NCBI GenBank assembly: GCA_965233585.1
Contig: CBDDTI010000011.1
Coordinates: 1-17,296 of the forward strand
Reading direction: 5' to 3'
DNA from: a bacterium
Lineage (GTDB): Bacteria; SAR324; NAC60-12
DNA length: 17,296 nucleotides
Below the pieces are notes generated by a model. That model was not told where the DNA came from. It saw only the letters and a list, made by a program, of their open reading frames with translations, and did not search any database. Shown in pieces: positions 7,844-16,461 of this stretch; position 1 is the stretch's first letter; each line of letters begins with the position of its first letter. Made by a program: the position numbers and the translations under genes.

Positions 7844-10800
7844 TTAGCGATGTGCTGCGCATGGGCGAGTACGGGTACATTTAGCACAACGGTCTTGTAC
7901 AGTGTGCTGATTGCATGCTAGCCCGCCTTTGCAATTTTCGCAATGGGCTACGCACGTAAAGGAGTCAGTACAGCGCGGACAAACTCGAGGTTTGTTTTTG
8001 CGACCGGGAGGTCGCCCTCTCTTTTTGGGAGCAGGCTGTTCTGGTATAGCTTCCGTATCAAGTGCTGCATCTTCAGGAATGGTAGGCAACCTGGCAGGAG
8101 GTTGTGATACTCGCGGCAACTTGGCAGGAGGTTGAAGCATACTTGGTTCAACCACTGGAGCTTCGAGAGCCCGCTGGGGTTCTGGAGGTGCAGGAGCGGA
8201 TTTCGAAGGTTCCGTAGGAACTGGCTCGGGACTACTTTCAGGTATTTTGTCCCTGGGCAAATCGCTCGCTGGTAAATCCTCTTCAGGCTGACCAGTGGGT
8301 ATTGCATGTGGCAAGTTTTGATCGGTATCAAAAATATGCGGAGCAAAATCAGAAGCGGGAATTCGTCCCATTACTTCTTGATGCTCGAAGTAGGGTCGAA
8401 CGTCGGCAGCCGTTAATTCGACGGGGACGCCTAAGTTCGTATCAGGATCATTGACAAAACACTTTTTCAATCGATCGACTGCAGCCGTAGTAACTATCTT
8501 CTCTTTAGTCCATCGGCCGTAAGACTCGATTTCAAAGAGTGTGTTAGCTAAATTGCGAGTTACACGGTAAGGTCCAGACCAAAACGATTGGAATTTCCGA
8601 TTTAAGTTTGGATTTGGCCTGTCGGTGTATAGCCAGACAAGGTCATCGATGTTGATCTTGTGATGTCGTTCTCTATACAGCTCCTTCTGACGGATCACGT
8701 AAGAGTTCTGCCGTTCGGCGACGACAGCAAAAGCTTTAGCGAATTGATGCTTAAGCCGTTCAGTATATCGGTCTAAAGTTGTGGACTGGTCGGGAGGAGG
8801 CCCAGCGACCATGTCGACAGGAAGTCGGGCTTCACGACCGTGTTCTAAAAAGAACGGTGTGAACCCTGTGGTCCGATTAACAGAAGTTCTCATGGCCAGC
8901 AAAGTAGCCGGAAGAGCTTCGTCCCATTCGTCATCGAATTCGTGAATTAATGACGTTAGTCTACGCTTCATGGTCCGGTGAAACCGTTCGACCGTGTTGC
9001 TTTTAGGGTTGTACACGGGAGTGGTCGTGGTCCGAACATCAAAGGCCGCCATTGCGACTTTAAAGACATGAGCAATGTACGCAGGTCCATTATCAGAATG
9101 AACGACGGAAGGTACACCCCTGTCCGGAAAATAATCACGGACTAAGTGTTTGATAACCGTTTCAGCCTTTTGGTTTTTTACCGGCCAAGCAGTAAACCAT
9201 CGGGTATAGACATCAACGATAGTTAGAAGAGAAGTGTGTCCCTTTTTTGTAGGTTTTAATGGTCCTACAAAATCGAGGCATACTTTTTCTCCTGGGCTCC
9301 CGACAAGGTCGTACCCATAAGTATGGCGTTGCGCAGTCTTTCTAGCAAGACGTTGGCAACGGGGGCACTTAAATACAAATTCCCTGCAAACTGAGATTAG
9401 CCTTGGGAAGATGTACTTAAGCTGGACGGAATCTGCCAGGGAATTTCCCCCAGAATGGTTTTTGCCGTGCAGGGATGCGAGCACAGTCATTTGCAGATTT
9501 TCCGGTAGAACGATCCTGCTGTCTTTCTCGTTGGTATACGGAATAGGCAGTCGGACGAGGAGACCGTCTGGTTTTAATTGAAGGTATTCTAAGCAATCAA
9601 CATAAAACTTTTCGTCGGAAGTAAGAAGCTTATATTCCTGAGCGGTTGGTTTATGTTGCATTTTAACCCATTGTCTGACTTTGGACAAAACGGGGTCAGA
9701 TTTTTGTTTCTCAATTAAAGTCTCTTGACGAATTTCCTTAGGAGAGGGGTATTCATCGCTATAGGGAATTCGAGGGTCGATTTCAGTATCGGAATCGCTA
9801 AGAGAATCAAAATTCTCTTCAGGTTCCTGACCGTCGTCCTCTCTGGCCTCGCCGAGGAGTAATATCTGGTCGTCGGCTAGTACTTCTTCAGCTTCCCGTG
9901 AGGACAAAAAGGGAGCATGAGAAGCGCGAGAGAGAGAGTCTGCGTTACCGTGCTTAGTCCCAGCTCGATGCTGTATGTCGAACTCATAGGTACTAAGGAT
10001 TCTCAGCCATCTCATTAGTATCCCTTTAGGATCTTTCTGAGTTTTTAGCCAAGAAAGGGCGGAGTTATCTGTTCGTACAAGGAATTTTCTACCTGTGAGA
10101 AAAAACTTGTACGTATCGATAGCAAAGATAAGTGCCAATAATTCACCTTTGTGTGAAGCATATTGAGACTCACTTGGCTTCAGTCGCCTAGCATTAAAAG
10201 CGATGGGCCTCTCTACACCATTCTGGATTTGAGATAAGACAGTGCCGATCCCGTCATGCGAGTAATCGGTGTCGACTATGAAAGGTTCAGAGCTGTCAAA
10301 ATCCGGGTAGGCCAGTAGCTGGGGAGAAGTCAAAAGTTCCTTTAAAGCCTTGAACGAGGCTACTGCTTTTGGGTCTTCGGACAAGTTAAGCTTGCGTGAG
10401 CTTTCGCTTGCGCCCTTAAGGTGCGACATCAACGGGGCAGCAACAATGGCAAAATTTTGAAAATGACTGCGGTAATAATTACATTTTCCAAGGAAGGATC
10501 GCAAATCTTTCAAGGTGGTCGGTAACGGCCAATCTTTAATGATTTGGGAGAATTCGGGAGGTACGGCTACTCCCTTATCAGAAATGAGATGTCCCAGGAA
10601 TTTAACCTGAGTTTTTACCCAGTCCGTTTTTTCCATGTTGAGCCGCAAACCAGCTTTTCTTAGGAGCGTGAATACCTCCTTAATGGTGTCTATGTGGATT
10701 TTAAGATCTGGTGAGTGGATCAATAAATCATCAAAAAAGACAATCAGCTTGGTTTTTGGGATGTCTTGTAATACCTTGGTAACCAACCTGGCCCAAGTGT

Positions 10801-12346
10801 TTGGGGCGCTGGTCAGGCCAAATGGCATTCGACAAAATTGGTAGAATTTGTCAAGTGCGCAGAAAGAGAGTTTTTCCCTGTCGACTTCTCGCACGGGAAT
10901 AGAGTGGAACGCTTGAGCTAAATCGAGAGAGGTGAAATATTTACTATTTCTAAGATAGCTTAAAAGTTCGACTATATTTGGAATGGGAAAGGAATCTTTA
11001 CGAGTTACCGAATTTAGCATTCTAAAATCTACAACCCATCTCCATTTGCCATTCTTTTTTCGAACTGGGAGGAGTGGAAAATTCCAAGGAGAGATACCGC
11101 CAGAGCGGATTACTCCATCCTTGAGCCATGTAGCGATTTGTTCTTTTAGGGAGTCAATCAAGCCAGGGTTTATGGGCCTATTTTTCAACCTGATAGGAGG
11201 GTGACCTTTAGGAGTATAAACCGGGTGTTCGATTACGTCCGTTCCTCCACAATTACCTTCTCGATAAAAGACATTCCAAAAAATCATGATAAGATCTGCT
11301 AACTGTGCAGCAATATTAGGATTAGCCTGCAAGCCTGGACTGTTAGGGGCGTCTAGGATTTTGACTATATATTCTTTACGCCGAATAAAATCGTGAGGTT
11401 TTAACTTGGCGGAGGGAATATTGTTCATCCAAGAAGCGTCAGGTGCTGGATCAGATCCTATGGTCATGACATTATTCATGTCAACTGTTTTAGCGCTAGG
11501 TGCAGGAATCGCGATCGAGCCGATTATGCAATTGGTGCTAATGGTTATCGGGATTTCCGACTCATTAAAGAAATACACATTTAATTCATTAGATTTAGAG
11601 ACCGCGGTGGCTTGATCTAAAGAATTAATGCCAAAATATGTTTCATCCTGAGAAGGATGCTCTTTATTTAAACTTAGCGCGTGTACTTTATTGAGAAAAG
11701 AATTTTTATAGGAGAAAACAGTGTCAGTCTGGCTGTTGACAATTGCCTTTCCCGGAATAATAGCATTAATTAATTTTCCCGTGTGAGGAGGAATAGTTTG
11801 ACGAATTCTGTTGCTCACTTCGGCAGTTGAACTCGTGATGTTAATGGCGCCGACTCTTGGTAACTTCGACGCAAGTTGGCGGGCATGACTCATGTTCCTG
11901 TAGAGAGGAAACTGAAGTTGCTTTGAAGACCATACCAGCGTCCCTCGGGAGTGTAGCTGGTCCAAACCATTCTCGACCAGGAAGGGAAGAGAGATGTTAA
12001 GTCCGCATGACAGATGGCGAACAATAACCAACCTTGCGTTGATTACGTGACGTTGTCCGGATTCGTCGGTGAGTCCAAAACCAATCTTATTGATAATGCC
12101 GACAATATCCAAAGTAGATCCGACAAGGGCAGTTCCTACTGGAGGCCCCTGATACTTATCGTAGTGAGTAAGGCCAATCTTGGTGGCGACAGAAAGAGAG
12201 ATTGCGTTATAGAAGCTATTGCCGCTATCGACTAAGCCTAATACCATTGATCCACAAAGCTTGACAGGTAGAAGTTTGTTCAATGCTGTGGATTTTGATT
12301 GGAAGGAATTAATTAACTCCTTCATTTCTCGGACTGATTTAGTCAT
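7844..12346 (-). CDS. pol: Pol polyprotein, 1500 aa: aspartic protease, reverse transcriptase, RNase H, integrase
   Basis: Protease LVDSG (12221-12229). RT SPWNFPLLPVRKKNGKWRWVVDFRMLN, LDLAQAFH, MPFGL, FFDD (10727-10738). RNase H DTDYS..ELLAL..RTDNSAL..NADSLSR. Integrase HHCC (H-x3-H..CPRC), LDFVG / SDNG / VERFH catalytic triad and WSGPY. Confidence 0.98.
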   Translation of the reverse strand: MTKSVREMKELINSFQSKSTALNKLLPVKLCGSMVLGLVDSGNSFYNAISLSVATKIGLTHYDKYQGPPVGTALVGSTLDIVGIINKIGFGLTDESGQRHVINARLVIVRHLSCGLNISLPFLVENGLDQLHSRGTLVWSSKQLQFPLYRNMSHARQLASKLPRVGAINITSSTAEVSNRIRQTIPPHTGKLINAIIPGKAIVNSQTDTVFSYKNSFLNKVHALSLNKEHPSQDETYFGINSLDQATAVSKSNELNVYFFNESEIPITISTNCIIGSIAIPAPSAKTVDMNNVMTIGSDPAPDASWMNNIPSAKLKPHDFIRRKEYIVKILDAPNSPGLQANPNIAAQLADLIMIFWNVFYREGNCGGTDVIEHPVYTPKGHPPIRLKNRPINPGLIDSLKEQIATWLKDGVIRSGGISPWNFPLLPVRKKNGKWRWVVDFRMLNSVTRKDSFPIPNIVELLSYLRNSKYFTSLDLAQAFHSIPVREVDREKLSFCALDKFYQFCRMPFGLTSAPNTWARLVTKVLQDIPKTKLIVFFDDLLIHSPDLKIHIDTIKEVFTLLRKAGLRLNMEKTDWVKTQVKFLGHLISDKGVAVPPEFSQIIKDWPLPTTLKDLRSFLGKCNYYRSHFQNFAIVAAPLMSHLKGASESSRKLNLSEDPKAVASFKALKELLTSPQLLAYPDFDSSEPFIVDTDYSHDGIGTVLSQIQNGVERPIAFNARRLKPSESQYASHKGELLALIFAIDTYKFFLTGRKFLVRTDNSALSWLKTQKDPKGILMRWLRILSTYEFDIQHRAGTKHGNADSLSRASHAPFLSSREAEEVLADDQILLLGEAREDDGQEPEENFDSLSDSDTEIDPRIPYSDEYPSPKEIRQETLIEKQKSDPVLSKVRQWVKMQHKPTAQEYKLLTSDEKFYVDCLEYLQLKPDGLLVRLPIPYTNEKDSRIVLPENLQMTVLASLHGKNHSGGNSLADSVQLKYIFPRLISVCREFVFKCPRCQRLARKTAQRHTYGYDLVGSPGEKVCLDFVGPLKPTKKGHTSLLTIVDVYTRWFTAWPVKNQKAETVIKHLVRDYFPDRGVPSVVHSDNGPAYIAHVFKVAMAAFDVRTTTTPVYNPKSNTVERFHRTMKRRLTSLIHEFDDEWDEALPATLLAMRTSVNRTTGFTPFFLEHGREARLPVDMVAGPPPDQSTTLDRYTERLKHQFAKAFAVVAERQNSYVIRQKELYRERHHKINIDDLVWLYTDRPNPNLNRKFQSFWSGPYRVTRNLANTLFEIESYGRWTKEKIVTTAAVDRLKKCFVNDPDTNLGVPVELTAADVRPYFEHQEVMGRIPASDFAPHIFDTDQNLPHAIPTGQPEEDLPASDLPRDKIPESSPEPVPTEPSKSAPAPPEPQRALEAPVVEPSMLQPPAKLPRVSQPPARLPTIPEDAALDTEAIPEQPAPKKRGRPPGRKNKPRVCPRCTDSFTCVAHCENCKGGLACNQHTVQDRCAKCTRTRPCAAHR

Positions 12347-12366
12347 AGAGAAGCATTAGGGTAGGA

Positions 12367-15300
12367 TTACTTCCTTTGCCGTCCAAACCTGGCGATTAGG
12401 TTTTCGTGGCGTTCCCGAAAGCGATGGAGTAGCGCTTGGGCGATGGGTAAGAGGTTCTGTCGCCGGAGTTGGCGAATTTGCTGGAGCGCTGCGTGGTTGA
12501 GACTGGACAATACTAGCGGTGGTGTGTCCTTCTGGTTGTCCCAACGTCGAGACATGCGGATTGGAGTGTTAATCCTGACAAAAGCCGTCAATTCTTTATT
12601 GAAAGCGGCACGCTCGCTGTCACGAAGAGCCCAGATGATTTTGACATCTTCTTCTGAAAAACCAAGGCGGAAGATATCTGGCAAAGCGAAATCGTCTTCA
12701 ATCGCGGTTTTCTCTAGCAGAACTGTAGCTTGATGCTCTTCAGCCTGACGATAGGCTTCAGGAGAGATTTGTGCGATGATTGGCAGGACGGTATTGAATC
12801 TGCTTCTCCGCCATGCGGCGTCAAGTGTTCTTCCTTTGTAGCACGTTCTACAACGGGAGCTAACGAAGAAATTGGTCATATATGCGATGGCAGGGTTGAC
12901 GAGCTCATCTCGCAAATGGGTAATAGTCTCGGGATGCTCGAAAATAAAGGCTTGTTCAAAAGCTTCAAACATAGCATGTAACGCATTCCTAAAAACCTTT
13001 TCGAGTTTTTCTCTGTTTACCGTGCTGCTGTTTGCATCGTGGGACTGCGTCTTGTCTCGCCTGGTGACCTTGACGTTAAATGATTGGATCCTGGAATTTC
13101 CTTTCTGGCGCAGGTCCATAAGATGTTGGTAATCCTGGAAGTAGGATTCGTAGAATAGATCAGGGCGAAGCCAGACAGCATCTTCGTTCCAGATATGGCT
13201 TTCCCTCTGCAGCATGATCATTGCGAAGGTCTTACAGTCTTCCATCGAAGCATTAGGTTTGTAGACCAGTTCTTGGCTCTCGTTGGTCGGCAATGTGGGA
13301 ATACTGATTTCTCCCGTTGCCACGTCGACGTCGGAATCTTCTTGAGCCTGAATGGGAGACTCGGGTCTTACCGCGGTGTCCTTGGAGGGTCTTGAGGTAA
13401 TTGTTAACGGAATTGAGGCTTCCGTTGAAAGTTTGGAAAGGTGCTGCACTGTTGTTTCCACCTTACGCTCGTAAGTGTCTGTGGAAAATGTAATCCTTAA
13501 GCCTTCCTTAGGCTTAGATTTATTCATCAGATGGGAGTGCGAGGCTGGCACTTGAATAGGAGTGTTAGGCATCTTTTTTCCACGCCCACGACTGATGCGA
13601 ACTCTAGGGGGCTGATTTGCAGCCTGACCATTGAGGGAACTTCCCTCAGCTTTAGACCTTGTCCTGGAGGAGGACCTAGATCTGGAGCGTGAGCGTCTGC
13701 TAGTCCTTTTAACAGGAGGTTGCTCCGGCATGGCGAATTCAAGCCCGACTTTGGGCTTATCAACAAGATGGTCAGAAGAAGCCACGGCTACCAAGTTTGG
13801 ATCAGATACCGAGGAAGTAGCGACCACTGTGTTGTGTGGCGCAGGTATCGGTTGGTAATAGATCCCGTTGATCTTTACGGGGCCGTTGGGTAAAGGCACA
13901 GTCGTCTGAGGAACGGCTGGATTGCTGACGGCAGGCAACGGCGGAAACGCTTCATCGGCTACTTCAGTTAAATCCATTTTGGTAATGTCTGGTGAAAATG
14001 GATTTATTTCAACCTTGGGTATCTGGATAGAAGAATCAGAGGGTTGAATGTCAGGACCGTCAAGTAACGCAATATCAGAAGGACTGAGAGCTGCGTAGTC
14101 CGATGAGAGACCTGGGGATCCTAAGGAGGATTCAAGTGTTTCGCGCAAACCATCGTTGGTGCATACACTGGTCTGCGAGGTCGTAGAGCCGGCATTACTG
14201 TGCTCATTCTTAGAATCTGATGTGCATTTTTCTGCAGGCGCACAGGGTGTTTCGACGTCTGTCATTATTACGTCTTCCTCTTCAAGCATGTTGCCTGGTG
14301 TTAAGACAAGTATGTGTGAATCAGAATGATGCTCATCTTCATCTGATTCTTCGGAAGAGGATTCTGCATAAAGCTGCATTAAGCTTTGTTCCACAACATT
14401 ACTGTCGTCATCGTCGGAACTTTTGTCTAAGGACACCCCTTCCATTTCTTCAATGGATCTTAGGAATTTCTTTTTGTCGCTTGTAGATTTGAAGCGTATC
14501 CTACGGGGTTGGTTCTTCTTCGCACCTGTCGGCCGTTTTTTAGCGGCGTTTGTTGGTGCGGGCTCCTGCTGCGCGCGGCAGTTGGAGTCGGAGTGCTTGT
14601 CAGTCTTATGCAAAGCACACCATTGACGTATGGCTTGAATTTTAACGTCTTCTACAGACGAATCGATCACCTGAATAGATGAGCCTTTGTGAGATGGTCG
14701 GGATAATGGGTGGCCGTTAGAGGCTGCCATCTTCCAAGCCAACGATCTTTGCCGTAGGGTTTGGTGTTCTGGGAAAATAGCGGCTGAAAACGCCATAGCC
14801 CCGTTAACTGCTTCCCTGAAGTTCCTCGGCAAAGGAGGGGTCCTAAGCTTTTCCTTTATTTGAGGAGATACTAGGCCAGTGATAAATTTATCCATTAAAA
14901 ATATGGATTGGTTTGGTTCTGTTCCCGGATAGGCACGATAGAACAGATTTTCGATGTCAATGGAATAGTCCTGTACAGGGACATCTTCTCTTTGACAGAA
15001 GCTGTTAAAAAGATTAACAGCTACCATACGGTTGCCTGAGGTATTGAATATACGATCTAGATGTTCTAGAAGTTCGGCTAAATCACGCATGGTGCAATCC
15101 TGTGAGATGTTTTTTGCCATTTCAGCGGCTTTATCTCTTAACAGGTGAATTGCAACTCGGCAAGCCTGGGGTTCTGAAGGCTGATAGAGATTGACACCGG
15201 AAAGGAATTGAGCAACCCATTGCGGGAATCGGCTCATGTCTTGTCCGTTGAAAGTGTCCATTCTGGCCGAGGAGCCAAAGAGCTTGGCTTTTTTAGACGC

Positions 15301-15849
15301 AATTTCGTCGTTACTTGAGAAAGTAACCCAGACGTTATTGCCGGCGATACCCATTCTGCGGGTAAAGGTGCCGTCATCGCTAGGAATAGCGGGATTGGGC
15401 CTAGGCCTATTTGGAGCCGGAGGGGCGGCTATATAGGAAGGCATAGTAGCATCTGGAGCCGGAGGAGTGGCGCCGTAAGGAGTACTAGTGGCACTGGGCA
15501 CTCGTGGAGCTACAGGAGGCGCTCTTGGGGTTGCTTGCGGTCCGACGAATTCGGTGGCGCTAAGCACATTAGTAACATCTTCTTTCAATGCATTAAGTTC
15601 GGCTCTGATTTTTAGAACTTCTTCTTTAAGCACTGAGTACCTAGCTCGATTGTATTCTACATACTTAGTGAGATAGGTAAAAAAGACTACTATACCAGGG
15701 GCTTGGTTGTCTAACGAACGTATAAACGTATTAAGACGGGAAGAGGACCAAGCTGACAAAGTAACGTCATTGATAGCGTCTAATAATGTAACATTGCTAG
15801 CGGCGCCGGGTGGCTCGGTACTAGGTGCTCTAGATTCGTCGCTAGGCAT
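12367..15849 (-). CDS. gag: Gag polyprotein, 1160 aa, with long C-terminal extension
   Basis: First ORF after the PBS. It has an N-terminal heptad segment (LKEEVLKIRAELNALKEDV), a Pro-rich linker and a retrotransposon capsid-like region (TFNGQD..FPQWVAQF..LRDKA..QREDVPVQDY..LFYRAYP..FITGL). A zinc knuckle variant C-x2-H-x4-H-x4-C lies at 14578-14619. Confidence 0.9.
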   Translation of the reverse strand: MPSDESRAPSTEPPGAASNVTLLDAINDVTLSAWSSSRLNTFIRSLDNQAPGIVVFFTYLTKYVEYNRARYSVLKEEVLKIRAELNALKEDVTNVLSATEFVGPQATPRAPPVAPRVPSATSTPYGATPPAPDATMPSYIAAPPAPNRPRPNPAIPSDDGTFTRRMGIAGNNVWVTFSSNDEIASKKAKLFGSSARMDTFNGQDMSRFPQWVAQFLSGVNLYQPSEPQACRVAIHLLRDKAAEMAKNISQDCTMRDLAELLEHLDRIFNTSGNRMVAVNLFNSFCQREDVPVQDYSIDIENLFYRAYPGTEPNQSIFLMDKFITGLVSPQIKEKLRTPPLPRNFREAVNGAMAFSAAIFPEHQTLRQRSLAWKMAASNGHPLSRPSHKGSSIQVIDSSVEDVKIQAIRQWCALHKTDKHSDSNCRAQQEPAPTNAAKKRPTGAKKNQPRRIRFKSTSDKKKFLRSIEEMEGVSLDKSSDDDDSNVVEQSLMQLYAESSSEESDEDEHHSDSHILVLTPGNMLEEEDVIMTDVETPCAPAEKCTSDSKNEHSNAGSTTSQTSVCTNDGLRETLESSLGSPGLSSDYAALSPSDIALLDGPDIQPSDSSIQIPKVEINPFSPDITKMDLTEVADEAFPPLPAVSNPAVPQTTVPLPNGPVKINGIYYQPIPAPHNTVVATSSVSDPNLVAVASSDHLVDKPKVGLEFAMPEQPPVKRTSRRSRSRSRSSSRTRSKAEGSSLNGQAANQPPRVRISRGRGKKMPNTPIQVPASHSHLMNKSKPKEGLRITFSTDTYERKVETTVQHLSKLSTEASIPLTITSRPSKDTAVRPESPIQAQEDSDVDVATGEISIPTLPTNESQELVYKPNASMEDCKTFAMIMLQRESHIWNEDAVWLRPDLFYESYFQDYQHLMDLRQKGNSRIQSFNVKVTRRDKTQSHDANSSTVNREKLEKVFRNALHAMFEAFEQAFIFEHPETITHLRDELVNPAIAYMTNFFVSSRCRTCYKGRTLDAAWRRSRFNTVLPIIAQISPEAYRQAEEHQATVLLEKTAIEDDFALPDIFRLGFSEEDVKIIWALRDSERAAFNKELTAFVRINTPIRMSRRWDNQKDTPPLVLSSLNHAALQQIRQLRRQNLLPIAQALLHRFRERHENLIARFGRQRK

Positions 15850-15904
15850 GTTTAGTTAGGTCTATAGTCTGTGAAGACTTAACCCCCGAACAAAAAAGGG
15901 CTCG

Positions 15905-15914
15905 GCTGCCACCA
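15905..15914 (-). promoter_or_regulatory. Primer-binding site, probably tRNA-Leu
   Basis: Minus strand TGGTGGCAGC starts 2 nt after the 5' LTR terminal CA. It is complementary to a tRNA 3' end GCUGCCA-CCA, which I recall from metazoan tRNA-Leu(AAG/TAG). The match is only 10 nt. Confidence 0.8.
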
Positions 15915-15916
15915 CG

Positions 15917-16461
15917 TGAACGGGCGGAAAGTCCGGGACTCTGTTTTGTAAACGATATTTACTTTTAGAGTTTTAAAGTGTTACTCAAACACTCAAAGAG
16001 GAGGCTGGAGGACTGAAGTCCCTGAGCTTCTAAGTAACACTGAATTTATATTTCTAACCTCGCTTATGAGGTTAATTTTACTATATACATAATATATACA
16101 AAATAGGAACAGAAATAGAAAGAGGTAAAAAATACCCGTGGATCATGGGGATGTAATCCGGGTCATTGACATGCTTCTTATGCATAGGTGACCGCAAGGG
16201 ACGATGAGCCATTATCACTGGCTCTATTGTCTAGCCATGGGACACGGTAAATGCATTAGGAGAAAAATGGGCTGGCTTTTCTAGCCTCTATTTTTCTTTT
16301 GAAGGAGTCAAGGTGACGATTTTAAGCGACGTTTTACGATGGGCAAAGTACAATCTTTATGGAGACAAAATACTCTATGTTTTTCTCACTCATTGTTTTT
16401 GCACTTCATTCTCGCCTTCTAATCTTCACACTAAAAATATTCATGAAATATTGCTGGTCCC
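15917..16461 (-). repeat. 5' LTR (outer 4 nt missing relative to the reconstructed 549-bp LTR)
   Basis: Matches 3501-4044 except at 16007 (g vs a at 3590) and 16066 (a vs c at 3649). On the minus strand it ends ...CCCGTTCA, followed by CG and the PBS. Confidence 0.96.

Larger units (their letters stand above)
3501..16461 (-). mobile_element. Full-length Ty3/Gypsy (Metaviridae) LTR retrotransposon with gag, pol and env-like ORFs (endogenous retrovirus-like element)
   Basis: Direct repeats 3501-4044 and 15918-16461 (offset 12417, 2 mismatches) enclose a PBS and three long uninterrupted minus-strand ORFs. Pol domain order is PR-RT-RH-IN with Gypsy-type RT motifs and a GPY/F motif. Confidence 0.97.

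Noticed and set aside
10727..10738. RT active site FFDD instead of YxDD
   Set aside because: FxDD variants are common in functional Ty3/Gypsy RTs, so this is neither novel nor a sign of inactivation.
4936..15676. Numerous short antisense/overlapping ORFs inside gag, pol and env
   Set aside because: Expected shadows of long coding frames; short and without motifs.
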